This document shows positions 8,816 to 17,259 of a DNA stretch of 64,000 nucleotides, in pieces. The DNA is from a virus (taxonomy: Duplodnaviria > Caudoviricetes). The translations under genes and the position numbers were made by a program. Each line of letters opens with the position of its first letter. Position 1 is the first letter of the stretch. Below the pieces are notes generated by a model. That model was given only the letters and a program-made list of their open reading frames with translations. It was not told where the DNA came from and searched no databases. Location: IMG/VR virus record IMGVR_UViG_3300037461_000711, positions 25,319-89,318 of that record; one strand, 5' to 3'.

Positions 8816-9526
8816 TCAGTCGTCCTTTTTGCCTAATTTAATCAACATTTCGGGTTCAAATTTTGAAACATGGGCAATAATGTTTTCTGGTTTGTCTTGC
8901 GACTTGAACGACCAATCACATCCATGAATTACATTGCCTTTACAATTCAGATATAATTCTCCCTCGTTGAATGAAATCACGTCTTCTTCCCAAATATTAT
9001 AAAGAAACGGTGTTTTTTCGACAACTTTTTTACCCCAATTTTCAGCCCGTCCTTCAGAGATACAATGCTCATAATCGGGTTTCCATTTATCGTATTTGTA
9101 GTGTACTGTCAGATTATTTTCTTCGGCAAAATCTAAAAGCTTATGGGCGTCCGGGTTGCCACAGTGAAATTGATCGTTCGAAATATCCACGCTTGAAATT
9201 TCGTTATCATCACACCAAGCATGTAGACGTTCCCAAACATTTAAGAATTTTCTTGTGATCCGTTCAGCATTGGTTGCAATGTAATAATTGCCAACTCCTA
9301 CGCTGTGATTTCTGCAAGCGCCAATGAACAGACCAATAATTTCCGGTGCAAGAGTGGGTTCCCCACCAGTGAATGTGACAGTATCCACGTACTTGAAGTG
9401 CCCAAGAAGTGTAGATATATTCTCGTAGGTCTGTCTCATCCGTTGTCGTTGACCTCTAAGACAATGGTAGCACTCCAGGTTGCACCATCTTGTGACCTCA
9501 ATGATTACGCTCCCTTGTAATTTCAT
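8816..9526 (-). CDS. radical SAM protein
   Basis: CxxxCxxC (CNLECYHC), GGEP motif, IATNA strand; conserved leader. Confidence 0.85.
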   Translation of the reverse strand: MKLQGSVIIEVTRWCNLECYHCLRGQRQRMRQTYENISTLLGHFKYVDTVTFTGGEPTLAPEIIGLFIGACRNHSVGVGNYYIATNAERITRKFLNVWERLHAWCDDNEISSVDISNDQFHCGNPDAHKLLDFAEENNLTVHYKYDKWKPDYEHCISEGRAENWGKKVVEKTPFLYNIWEEDVISFNEGELYLNCKGNVIHGCDWSFKSQDKPENIIAHVSKFEPEMLIKLGKKDD

Positions 9527-9638
9527 AGCTACCTCCCTTGTTTGATTGTGATTGTTAGCCCAGATTCAATTAGAATCCGTGACCGGGCAAAAATATTTTC
9601 TCGTTGTTTTTGCCCGGTGGCTGATCCTAATTCTCGAC

Positions 9639-10574
9639 TTATTCTTCCACTTCAACTTTTCTCACAGACATGGCCCAATGGATGTCGAACTGTCCAACAT
9701 CAGTGAGCAAAAACAGGTGATCGAATTTGTACGGCAGAATTTCCTTTGCCAGTTTCAGGCATTTTTTGGGGGTATCATCCTGACCCCGGTGAAATCCATT
9801 TTCGAACCGGGTGCAGTATGACTCTTCGCTTTCCAGACACTTGAACCCGGCAGCTTCGACGTGTTCTTGCATCCAGTATGGTAGTGCTTTGTTAAGCGAA
9901 TTCAGGTAATGCTCGATCACGTCATCTGCTCCATCCTTTTTCACGCATTCGTGACAGAGTATTTCGCAGTCCGAAACCCATACCCATGAAGTTTGCCAAC
10001 CGTAGCTGTCGGCGGAAGTTCTGACGGCTTTGTAACAATTACAGCAACCAGTCCATTCGTCTGACCATTCAATCGAAATATTGCCTTGAAAGAATTTGTC
10101 GATCCAATCGCAAAGCTTCTTCATTTTGGGTGGGTTCCAGTTGGCGGCGATTGTGGGTATGTCGTCATAGCCCATTTCCGAAACACCATTGTAGAAGTCT
10201 GCATATTCGCCAATCCGGTCGATGTATTCGAGAATGTCTGAAATCGAAACTTTCTCCCACCTGCGGCGTATTCTTTTCTCGTACTCCATACGAGCAGTAT
10301 TGGATGCCGCTTTCAAAAATTCTATCTGCATGGGGGTGAGATCCTCTACTGGCACGAACTCCCGAATGCCGGGCAATTCGATTTGAACTTCTTTCCAGAG
10401 CAGTTCGGCGGTTGTTTTTTCGGCTTGAGCAAATCGGAAAAGCTCAAGAGGGTTGTTATGAACATAATATTGACGTCCATCTCTGCCGATAATAACCACC
10501 TTTCCCGGCAAATTTGCATACCGCAAAGCGATAGCAAACTCTCCATCGGTTTTCACCTTGAAGTCTTCGTACAT
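9639..10574 (-). CDS. hypothetical early protein (Cys motifs CCNC, CHEC)
   Basis: 311-aa ORF with the conserved leader. Confidence 0.7.
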   Translation of the reverse strand: MYEDFKVKTDGEFAIALRYANLPGKVVIIGRDGRQYYVHNNPLELFRFAQAEKTTAELLWKEVQIELPGIREFVPVEDLTPMQIEFLKAASNTARMEYEKRIRRRWEKVSISDILEYIDRIGEYADFYNGVSEMGYDDIPTIAANWNPPKMKKLCDWIDKFFQGNISIEWSDEWTGCCNCYKAVRTSADSYGWQTSWVWVSDCEILCHECVKKDGADDVIEHYLNSLNKALPYWMQEHVEAAGFKCLESEESYCTRFENGFHRGQDDTPKKCLKLAKEILPYKFDHLFLLTDVGQFDIHWAMSVRKVEVEE

Positions 10575-10667
10575 AGCTACCTCCCTTAGTTAGATGGTTG
10601 AATGTTAGCCCAAGGGTTAATCCCTTGCGTTTGCCCATAGCTCCTTGTCTATGGGCAAGACAAAAGA

Positions 10668-10868
10668 TTAAAGACTTGTCACGAATTCGTATCCTATGCC
10701 GTCGATTTCAACGACATACCCCGCGAAGTCTTCCCTCTGAACCCAGAGTTCTTTCTTCTCCGATTCGTCGATGAGAATGATTTCTCCATCTTCGTTCGGC
10801 CCTTGGTAGACTTCGTACTCGGTGTCTTCCAATGGTTCCCTGGCCTGACTGCCAATCTGCCGAATCAT
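10668..10868 (-). CDS. small acidic protein
   Basis: 66 aa, SD AGGAG, rich in Glu/Asp. Confidence 0.6.
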   Translation of the reverse strand: MIRQIGSQAREPLEDTEYEVYQGPNEDGEIILIDESEKKELWVQREDFAGYVVEIDGIGYEFVTSL

Positions 10869-10879
10869 TTTTGATCTCC

Positions 10880-11074
10880 TCAGTCGTTAAAGATTTGCAT
10901 GAATGCTCCGCATGCCTTGCACTTGTAAGTCCATTTAATAATCTCGCCAGACTTGTCCCGAAGGGGCTGATCTAACGTGAAGAATGTCTGACATACGGCA
11001 CACTTCATCCCGGTGTGTTCGAGTGTTGACATTTCGGTGACGTATCCGTTGTCGGTCTTTGTCCAGATGGTCAT
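10880..11074 (-). CDS. small Zn-ribbon protein
   Basis: CAVC...CKAC; conserved leader. Confidence 0.7.
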   Translation of the reverse strand: MTIWTKTDNGYVTEMSTLEHTGMKCAVCQTFFTLDQPLRDKSGEIIKWTYKCKACGAFMQIFND

Positions 11075-11172
11075 AGCTACCTCCCTTGGTTGGTGTTATC
11101 CCCCTCTTGTTTTGGGGGTAAAGTCTCAAGTCTGTCCACGAGATAAAAATTTCTCGTGAACAGGTTCAGGCT

Positions 11173-11769
11173 TTACTCCTTTTCATCGGGCAGAACAAGT
11201 TCGCCGGTTTCCACAGAGAATACGGGGTACGGGGCTTTGCCATCCTCAAACCAATCGTGGCTGAAGCAATAGCCCTTGGCGTATCCAGCGTTTTCGGCGT
11301 GTGATTTGTACGCTTCTCCATAAGCATTGGGTGCTATCTCAGAAACAGTTTTCAACTGCTCCTTGACTTCACCCACCGGCTTGAACGGATTCATGAGGTA
11401 AACAGCACCCGGCGCACACGGAGAGCAGAACTGTGCATAGGTGAAATATAGCGACTTTGTAATAAATATGTCGCCGTCATCCCCGCATTCTGCCGTGTAC
11501 TCACCATCGTCCACGTACCACGAAACAGGTTCGAGCATGTCAAAGTCTCCATCGTCGAATTCGTGCCCACAATCGGGGCAAGTCTCCGGCACTTCTTGGC
11601 CGATTTCCCGCTCGCATTCGGGGCAGTAGTAGACGTAGTTGGGTTCCGAACTGTCGGCCCACGCTTGGAGAACCTCATTCTGGCTGATTACCCCATACCG
11701 AATGTTTTTCTCGTGGTCGATGTTGGAAATACCTCTGCCATAGTCGATACCAGCATACGGTTCCTTCAT
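11173..11769 (-). CDS. hypothetical early protein with Zn ribbon
   Basis: CPEC...CPDC and later CSPC; conserved leader. Confidence 0.7.
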   Translation of the reverse strand: MKEPYAGIDYGRGISNIDHEKNIRYGVISQNEVLQAWADSSEPNYVYYCPECEREIGQEVPETCPDCGHEFDDGDFDMLEPVSWYVDDGEYTAECGDDGDIFITKSLYFTYAQFCSPCAPGAVYLMNPFKPVGEVKEQLKTVSEIAPNAYGEAYKSHAENAGYAKGYCFSHDWFEDGKAPYPVFSVETGELVLPDEKE

Positions 11770-11876
11770 AGCTACCTCCCTTGTTGGTTGTTGTTGTTAG
11801 CCTAAGAGCGTATCCTTAGCTCTTAATCCAAGGCTGTCATGCCTCTATATACGGGATGACAGCCTTGTGTTAAAAA

Positions 11877-12134
11877 CTAAGCGTGAGCGGCGCGGGCAAC
11901 GATCCAGAGGTCGAGAACCTCTTCCAGAGATTTGCCGTGGCGCATGGTGCCGGGGTGATCCGTAGTGTAGCGGGTCAAGTGACTGAGAATAGAAGTCCTC
12001 AGAAAACCTCCCGGCTCGACTTTCGACGTATCGAATCCACCAAAGTCGGTGATGAAATCCAGGTAATCGAAGATCGCATCGAGACTGTAGGGATTCGACG
12101 TGAAAAGCCTGGGCATTCCATACACGTTTAACAT
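11877..12134 (-). CDS. hypothetical early protein
   Basis: 85-aa ORF with the conserved leader. Confidence 0.65.
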   Translation of the reverse strand: MLNVYGMPRLFTSNPYSLDAIFDYLDFITDFGGFDTSKVEPGGFLRTSILSHLTRYTTDHPGTMRHGKSLEEVLDLWIVARAAHA

Positions 12135-12208
12135 AGCTACCTCCCTTGGTTAGTTGTTAGCACTCCATTCAGCCCATGACTTCCCATCATGGGCTGTAGC
12201 AATGCTAA

Positions 12209-12295
12209 CTAAAAGGAAAACATAAATACAACCATGAAAAAGATACAGACAAAAATCAGAATCCCACCGATGATGTCCTTGGCTTCTTGTGTCAT
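12209..12295 (-). CDS. 28-aa single-pass membrane peptide
   Basis: Manual translation MTQEAKDIIGGILIFVCIFFMVVFMFSF*; ATGA-coupled to 12292..12510; below the ORF-track cutoff. Confidence 0.55.
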   Translation of the reverse strand: MTQEAKDIIGGILIFVCIFFMVVFMFSF

Positions 12296-12510
12296 GCCGT
12301 CCTCACAAAAGAGATTGATTTGTGATTGCCAACGCGGTCGATCCAGTGAACATCGACCGCATCCCCAATTTCGGCCATGTCAAAGACCGGATCATACGTG
12401 ACGTGCTTATAGCCCAAGCACTTGACCAGTCCTTTGATGTAAGTGTAGACCTGACCGATTTCAATTTCCCCGAAGATGGCACTCCAGAATTTCATGGGTC
12501 TGTTTTTCAT
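12292..12510 (-). CDS. hypothetical early protein
   Basis: 72-aa ORF with the conserved leader. Confidence 0.65.
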   Translation of the reverse strand: MKNRPMKFWSAIFGEIEIGQVYTYIKGLVKCLGYKHVTYDPVFDMAEIGDAVDVHWIDRVGNHKSISFVRTA

Positions 12511-12581
12511 AGCTACCTCCCTTTGTTAGTGGTTAGCGTTCAAGTCCGTGCTCAAAGTTTCTCTTGAGCACAGGTTCAACA

Positions 12582-12842
12582 CTAACTTTCCCGGCGTTTG
12601 ACAAGATAATACTTGCAATCGCACATGATAGCCTGATGTCCACAGATTGGGCATCGCTCGTTATCACAGCCGGGATGATGAGGCTTGCCGAGTTTTGCTC
12701 TACAGTCATGGCAGCGTTCCTGATCGCAGAGGTTAGAAGTGTCCCTTTTGTAAAGCTTTTTGCCTTTGATTTTCTTGGCATGAGTCCAGATACAACCATC
12801 TGAAGTCAACATTTCCTGCTTGCAAAAATCGCAAATTGCCAT
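12582..12842 (-). CDS. Cys-rich small protein
   Basis: The leader places the start at MAICDFC (12842); CDFC, CHDC, CPIC and CDC motifs. Confidence 0.7.
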   Translation of the reverse strand: MAICDFCKQEMLTSDGCIWTHAKKIKGKKLYKRDTSNLCDQERCHDCRAKLGKPHHPGCDNERCPICGHQAIMCDCKYYLVKRRES

Positions 12843-13007
12843 AGCTACCTCCCTTGGTTGGTGTTTACTGAATCGTTCCATCTGCTCTGTGCAGGAGGGT
12901 CGCGCCATTACCACTTCTCCCTGCACAGGCACATCTAACGATTCATAATGATTACCTCTCTTTCCCAAGAAATTTCTCGTGGCAGAGCCTTCCAAGAAAC
13001 TTCTCGA

Positions 13008-13916
13008 TTAGTTCCGCAGATGGTCGAAATGCCTTGCAAGCACAAACGCCATCTGCTCTTCCCGCTCTTTTCTGCCCGATGAGTCCTTGACTTCGTGGGT
13101 GATCCACTGAGTCAAGATGCTATTCATCGTCCAGGCAGAAACAGGTTTGCCGGTGTTGAACATGCTCTCCAGGGTGATGCCGGTTCCGGTTTCGGGCAAG
13201 GCCAAAATCTTTTCGGTCTGCTTTTCCGAAATCGGCAGCGCCTCAAAGATTTCCTCGGCCTGGGCCTTTTCGATCATGAGCTTGGTCCATGAGCGCCACA
13301 GTTCGTGCTCTTCTTCCATGGTCTTGATGCAAGTGTTCAACTGCTTGACCACGGCGTCCATACTCAGACCTTGCCGATGCTTCCGTTTGAAATGCTGGAG
13401 AACCTTGGTCGATACCATGCCGTTTGAACAGCGGAAGACCACTGCCCCGCCCGTCCCGGTCAATTGGGTCTGCGAGTCATACGAATTTTTGAATCCGATG
13501 AAAGGCTCGATGACGTCCTTGCCGATCTTCAACTTCTTGGCTTCCTTCATCTCGGGGAAGAACGCCCGAACGAATGCCTTGGCTCCCTGGTCGTACAGGT
13601 TCACCTTGAATTCAGGCACTCCCCAATGCGACCAGTTCGAAGTGACTTCCCGCATGAGCATGTGCGTTACCACCTCATGCGGGACGAGCTTGTAGTGATC
13701 GGTCACGAAGTTGGGGAAGACCATGCCCTCATCTCCGTTGTCGATCACGACCGCGTTCCACTTCTCGGCCAAGTGCTCGGCACCGTTCCCGATCCAGACC
13801 GCATCGAGATAGGCATTGGGCCATTTGACGTCCTTAAATTGGGCGTGCATTTTGGCTTTGATGTCCTCCACGTGAGCGGCATCTTCCAGAAGCTTGCTGA
13901 GTTCTTCCTGTGTCAT
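13008..13916 (-). CDS. DUF932-like protein
   Basis: The leader places the start at MTQEELS (13916); FKNSYD...VFRCSNGMV is the DUF932-type signature. Confidence 0.7.
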   Translation of the reverse strand: MTQEELSKLLEDAAHVEDIKAKMHAQFKDVKWPNAYLDAVWIGNGAEHLAEKWNAVVIDNGDEGMVFPNFVTDHYKLVPHEVVTHMLMREVTSNWSHWGVPEFKVNLYDQGAKAFVRAFFPEMKEAKKLKIGKDVIEPFIGFKNSYDSQTQLTGTGGAVVFRCSNGMVSTKVLQHFKRKHRQGLSMDAVVKQLNTCIKTMEEEHELWRSWTKLMIEKAQAEEIFEALPISEKQTEKILALPETGTGITLESMFNTGKPVSAWTMNSILTQWITHEVKDSSGRKEREEQMAFVLARHFDHLRN

Positions 13917-14026
13917 AGCTACCTCCCTTGGTTTGGTGTTATGAGGTGGGCAAATCCCCCTCGGTGAAAGCACGAGAATCCAGAGAAATATTTTCTCGTA
14001 AAAATTTTCTCGTGCTTCCAACGAAA

Positions 14027-14728
14027 CTAATTTGCCGATATGCGACTTCTTCCAGAGGCAAGGTTCAAATTGTTTCCATCAGCATAACCACGTGCAAGCG
14101 CAGAATTGTCCCCAACAGAGCGGGGTCGCATCTTCCCAAGCTTGGGGTAAACTTCATTTATTTTTGCTTGCACCAAAGCTTTAGAAATTACGACCAAATC
14201 CCGGCACGTGTTGTCTAAGGCATCGTTCACTTTTTTGTACAAATCCTCAAGACGCTCGTTCACGCGACAAACCATTCCGTAGGCATAGGCGCGTTGCTTC
14301 CTGATGCCTTTGGGGTAGGCTTCCTCGGCCCATGAGCCTATCTCTAATCGCAAACGCGAAAAGAAATAGTCGATCATCTCCAAATCATCTTTAGAACCGA
14401 AGAAACGCAGACTGCTCCGATGATTATGAACGATGATTTTTGAATTGAAGCACCGGGCAATCCCTGAACCGAGGTGAATCTCCCAATCGGCTTCCTTGTC
14501 GAACAAGTCTTCAAAGGTGTCCTTGACCTGATCGGTAGCCTTTTGGGGTTTCGGTTCCTTTGACCGCATCTCCAGCGAACTGATTTGCCATTTGAGCATG
14601 AGCTTTTCCGCTGCAAACTGTGCAGCATTGCGCTCACCTTCCGTAGCAGCCGGGTCCGCAGCCAATTGCATACACTTCAAAATCTTCTCCATGGCTTGCT
14701 CTCTTAATACGTGATGAGATGAGTCCAT
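14027..14728 (-). CDS. DUF2786-like protein
   Basis: EKILKCMQLAADPAATEGERNAAQFAAEKLMLKW matches the DUF2786-type N-terminus; leader-defined start at 14728. Confidence 0.7.
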   Translation of the reverse strand: MDSSHHVLREQAMEKILKCMQLAADPAATEGERNAAQFAAEKLMLKWQISSLEMRSKEPKPQKATDQVKDTFEDLFDKEADWEIHLGSGIARCFNSKIIVHNHRSSLRFFGSKDDLEMIDYFFSRLRLEIGSWAEEAYPKGIRKQRAYAYGMVCRVNERLEDLYKKVNDALDNTCRDLVVISKALVQAKINEVYPKLGKMRPRSVGDNSALARGYADGNNLNLASGRSRISAN

Positions 14729-14780
14729 ACTAGCTACCTCCCTTGTTGGTTGTGGGTTTCTCTCAGTAGACCATGGCGGG

Positions 14781-14888
14781 GTGAACGGCATTCAGTGAGT
14801 GAACGACATTCAGTGAATGAGGTAAATTCACTAACTGAATCTGATTCAGTGAATGAACGATATTCACAGAATGAACGATATTCAGTGA
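14781..14888. repeat. six tandem 18-bp units built on TGAA-N5-TTCA
   Basis: Units start at 14781, 14799, 14817, 14835, 14853 and 14871; consensus RTGAACGAYATTCAGTGA. Confidence 0.85.
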
Positions 14889-15040
14889 ACGAAATTTCAT
14901 TCACTAAATACAATTCATTTTTGCCATAGTCTACTATCACCTTGTTAGCCATTTTATAGGTTTTAACCTATACGTTGGCGCACTATCAAGCGAGTCGTGG
15001 TCGTGCCGTGATAATGCGCCAGATATAGCTTAAAACTGTT

Positions 15041-15517
15041 TTATGCCGCTTTTTTGTCTACTGCCTTGCTTGACCTTGCGATTTTTGCGGCCGGTGTCAG
15101 TTGGCCTTGTAGGCTATGGCCTTTCGGCCATACTCGCATGTATATCTGATGATTCTCGAAAACGGCCAAATTTTCAGAAATCAACCGTGCTTTACATTTC
15201 GAGTGTGGGCCGATCGGTTGACCATCAGGTGCAATAATTGCGGCCGCTTGATTCATGGTAAGGGGTTTTTCGCATATTGCATTACAGAAAATATCAGTAT
15301 AACTGCCTTGAGCATAGCCCCAAAAACCCTTGGCTTTCGTCACTTTCGGTTGGGAATTCTTTTTTGCTTTTTTGGCAGTTTGAACTGCCTCAACGCAAGC
15401 TTTGAATTGTGCGTTGAATTTGTTTTTACAGTCAACGCAAGCTTTATGCTCAATAGTGCGTTTACCAGTACCAAAAAGCTTGCAATCAAAAAGCAAATTG
15501 TTTTTGTCGATAGCCAT
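15041..15517 (-). CDS. basic, Cys-containing hypothetical protein
   Basis: 158 aa, SD AGAGGT, Lys/Ala-rich. Confidence 0.65.
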   Translation of the reverse strand: MAIDKNNLLFDCKLFGTGKRTIEHKACVDCKNKFNAQFKACVEAVQTAKKAKKNSQPKVTKAKGFWGYAQGSYTDIFCNAICEKPLTMNQAAAIIAPDGQPIGPHSKCKARLISENLAVFENHQIYMRVWPKGHSLQGQLTPAAKIARSSKAVDKKAA

Positions 15518-15699
15518 GTTTTTACCTCTCTTTTAGTGTTAGTTTAAGGTTATTTAGCAAAAATTAACAGAATGCCGAAAACAATAGACAATAGCCAAAA
15601 AACCAAGTCTACTTTAATCAATAATACCTCTCTTTCGTTATAGGGTTTTTGGGAATTCTTTAGGTAATAGCATGTAATAAAGACTAGGCCAACATAAAG

Positions 15700-15999
15700 T
15701 TAAATACAGTAAAATGTATTATTACAATCGTGGCCAAAAACTTGTTTAACTCTTGCATTTATAACTTCGTCAACATCAACATCAATCTCATTATTCAAGT
15801 TCGAAAGTTCACATAAAGTATTGTCTAAAATGCCTTGATTCAATTCAAGTATAGTTGAAATTTCATAAAGTAAATCGTTCGGTAGATTTTCGGCATTATT
15901 AGTTGAATCATTATCAATTAAAATTTGTTGAAGAGTAGACAAGGCAAAAAACATTAAATCACCGGCAAGCTTAACTTTATCGCTTATAGGTTTTCGCAT
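15700..15999 (-). CDS. AT-rich hypothetical protein
   Basis: 99 aa; preceded by the second leader class ending TAGGTGAT. Confidence 0.55.
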   Translation of the reverse strand: MRKPISDKVKLAGDLMFFALSTLQQILIDNDSTNNAENLPNDLLYEISTILELNQGILDNTLCELSNLNNEIDVDVDEVINARVKQVFGHDCNNTFYCI

Positions 16000-16027
16000 T
16001 TTATCACCTATTTTTAGTTGGGAATTT

Positions 16028-16282
16028 TTATTTGTTTTCGTAATACTTCAAAAATTTTTGAATTTCATTTTTTGAATTATTGGGCATTAAATTTATATCT
16101 GAATTCAAAATCATATCAGCGAAAGTCAACAACATTTCATTCAAATTTGCATTTTTGTTTTTGCCTTCGAGAATGTCAATTATTAGGTTTTTGCAAAGCT
16201 TAGAATAGTCTGAAATATGGGTAAACATATTATCATATTTTTTCAAAACGTCGTTTAATTCATCTGCTATTGTTTTCGGCAT
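16028..16282 (-). CDS. AT-rich hypothetical protein
   Basis: 84 aa; same 30-nt leader as 15700..15999. Confidence 0.55.
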   Translation of the reverse strand: MPKTIADELNDVLKKYDNMFTHISDYSKLCKNLIIDILEGKNKNANLNEMLLTFADMILNSDINLMPNNSKNEIQKFLKYYENK

Positions 16283-16382
16283 TTAATCACCTATTTTTAG
16301 TTGGGAATTTTTATTGCCTAGTCTTTATTACATGCTACCACCTAACCATATTTAGTGTCTTTTTAGTATCAAGCGATTAAGG

Positions 16383-16565
16383 TTATTTTGAAAAGTAAAA
16401 TTTACGTTTCAACTCTCGATCATAGCAAATACATTCTATTCTGTGACACAAAAAACAAGCTTTTTTAGTTGGGAATTTTTTAAATTTAAAATAAGGTTTT
16501 TTGCTTGGTTTTTTAGGTAAAAATTTAAGAAAAGTCGAATTCGGCATATTGTAAGCGATAGGCAT
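16383..16565 (-). CDS. small basic hypothetical protein
   Basis: 60 aa, SD TAGGTGAT, flanked by a 24-bp inverted repeat pair. Confidence 0.4.
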   Translation of the reverse strand: MPIAYNMPNSTFLKFLPKKPSKKPYFKFKKFPTKKACFLCHRIECICYDRELKRKFYFSK

Positions 16566-16600
16566 AAAATCACCTATAAGCTTGATACTAAATAGACACT

Positions 16601-16653
16601 AAAAAAAACATAGCCCACTATCAAACCGAAATAAAAGCTTGATAGTGGGCTAT
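16601..16653 (-). terminator. intrinsic terminator
   Basis: 15-bp stem ATAGCCCACTATCAA/TTGATAGTGGGCTAT (16610-16653) followed on the minus strand by G and a run of T. Confidence 0.7.
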
Positions 16654-17226
16654 TTGGCTAACACCATAAGGTAGGTAGTAGCTATGATGCCTAGCGAAAA
16701 TTCCCAAAGTCAATTAAACGGGTTTTTAAACCTAGCCTTATGATGCGGCATATTGCATTGCCTATTGTCACGATTTTACATGCTCAATTAGGCAATTACC
16801 AAACGTACAGAATAGCAGTGCAGTGCTAGGTAACCGTTTGACTTTGGCCTAGGCTATGTAGAATCACTTTTCACCCTGTACCACTGAAGCACAAAAAAGC
16901 TTTACCGACCTATCGAACTGTTGCCCGTAGGCAACTAGGCAAGTAAATCAAGCTTTAGGTGATCGGCTTTTCGTCGGGAATTTTTTTCGGCTTTACCATC
17001 GGCATTTAGCGGCCAGCTCTCAGATAATCATTGTGCTGGTATTGCTTCGGCTAATTTCTTCGATCAATTAGGCAAGTCAATTAGAAAAAAACCGCGCCGC
17101 ATGCCTACTCTATGCCTACTCAAAAGCCCTATGTCAAGCGATAGTTGCGTGTTACGGGTTTTCAAACCGTTTGCCGTTATTGGCCTATCGACTCAGCCGA
17201 AAACATACAATTTCAGCCTTACCTAT

Positions 17227-17254
17227 AGACTATCAAAAAAAAACAGAATGTCAA
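17227..17254 (-). promoter_or_regulatory. sigma70-type promoter (leftward)
   Basis: Minus strand TTGACA-16 nt-TAGTCT with an extended TG. Confidence 0.5.
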
Positions 17255-17259
17255 GAGAA

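Larger units (their letters stand above)
8206..14744 (-). promoter_or_regulatory. 11 copies of a conserved translation-initiation leader (GCTAAC-N-AAGGGAGGTAGCTATG)
   Basis: Plus-strand CATAGCTACCTCCCTT at 8206, 8703, 9524, 10572, 11072, 11767, 12132, 12508, 12840 and 13914, plus CATACTAGCTACCTCCCTT at 14726. Six also carry GTTAGC a short distance away (minus-strand GCTAAC). Confidence 0.9.

Noticed and set aside
7403-12946. Two ATG-AAT-CGT-stop (MNR*) minigenes with SD-like sequence at 7403-7414 and 12935-12946
   Set aside because: Two copies of a 10-mer is weak evidence; the first overlaps the sRNA -35 box and may be the end of a longer short ORF.
8206-14744. Integron-like cassette array (GTTAGC cores, hairpins, one gene per unit)
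   Set aside because: On the coding strand GCTAAC sits next to the RBS rather than after the stop codon, the reverse of attC polarity. Hairpins differ between units and no tyrosine recombinase is in the window.
14781-14888. CRISPR array
   Set aside because: The 18-bp units are contiguous with no unique spacers, and no cas genes are present.
14734-14952. 72-aa ORF with TE[YC]RSF hexapeptide repeats
   Set aside because: No SD is evident, the repeats are explained by the palindromic 18-bp DNA array, and the ORF runs into the next gene's leader. It is not fully excluded.
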